Source of the DNA: Isurus oxyrinchus
Lineage: Eukaryota
DNA length: 64,000 nt
NCBI GenBank assembly: GCA_026770705.1
Contig: JANJGN010000036.1
Coordinates: forward strand, 1,984,001 to 2,048,000
Direction: 5' to 3'
Within the stretch, counting starts at the first letter, position 1, and every line of letters begins with the position of its first letter. Positions 63,961-64,000 of this stretch are shown one piece after another. A program made the translations under genes and the position numbers. The notes under the pieces were generated by a model that had not been told where the DNA came from, did no database searches, and saw only the letters and a program-made list of their open reading frames with translations.

Positions 63961-64000
63961 ATGAGCGTCATCACTCTCTGCGCCCTGCTCCACCTCTTCC
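63961..64000 (+). CDS. Probable first (signal-peptide) exon of a gene continuing beyond the window
   Basis: gccgccgacaATG then MSVITLCALLHLF..., at the end of a CpG-rich region (63430-64000). Confidence 0.45.
   Translation, partial: MSVITLCALLHLF

Overview
Vertebrate, almost certainly elasmobranch (shark), genomic DNA, dominated by repeats. The clearest gene is one apparently intact, unrearranged immunoglobulin light-chain cluster on the minus strand (about 29.8-32.65 kb): octamer promoter, leader, V with 12-RSS, 23-RSS with J, C and poly(A) signal. It resembles the cartilaginous-fish type I/NS5 (sigma-cart) isotype. Also present are a two-exon GPR139-like GPCR pseudogene (57.4-60.0 kb, minus), a chain of six small minus-strand exons that looks like the 3' end of an unidentified gene (1.8-4.4 kb), an orphan CpG-island promoter with CTCF-like sites (54.5-55.0 kb), and the probable start of a signal-peptide gene at the right edge. 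Repeats include a 13-kb array of a ~70-bp satellite with higher-order structure, three other tandem families (69, 30 and ~37 bp), several kb-scale duplicated blocks, a Penelope-like RT fragment, many CR1/L2 LINE fragments and SINEs, plus a 168-N gap. All family assignments come from motif recognition, not database searches, and repeat boundaries are approximate. I found no convincing wholly new molecular system. The best leads are the orphan exon chain, the second octamer between V and J, and the satellite-seeding duplicated block.
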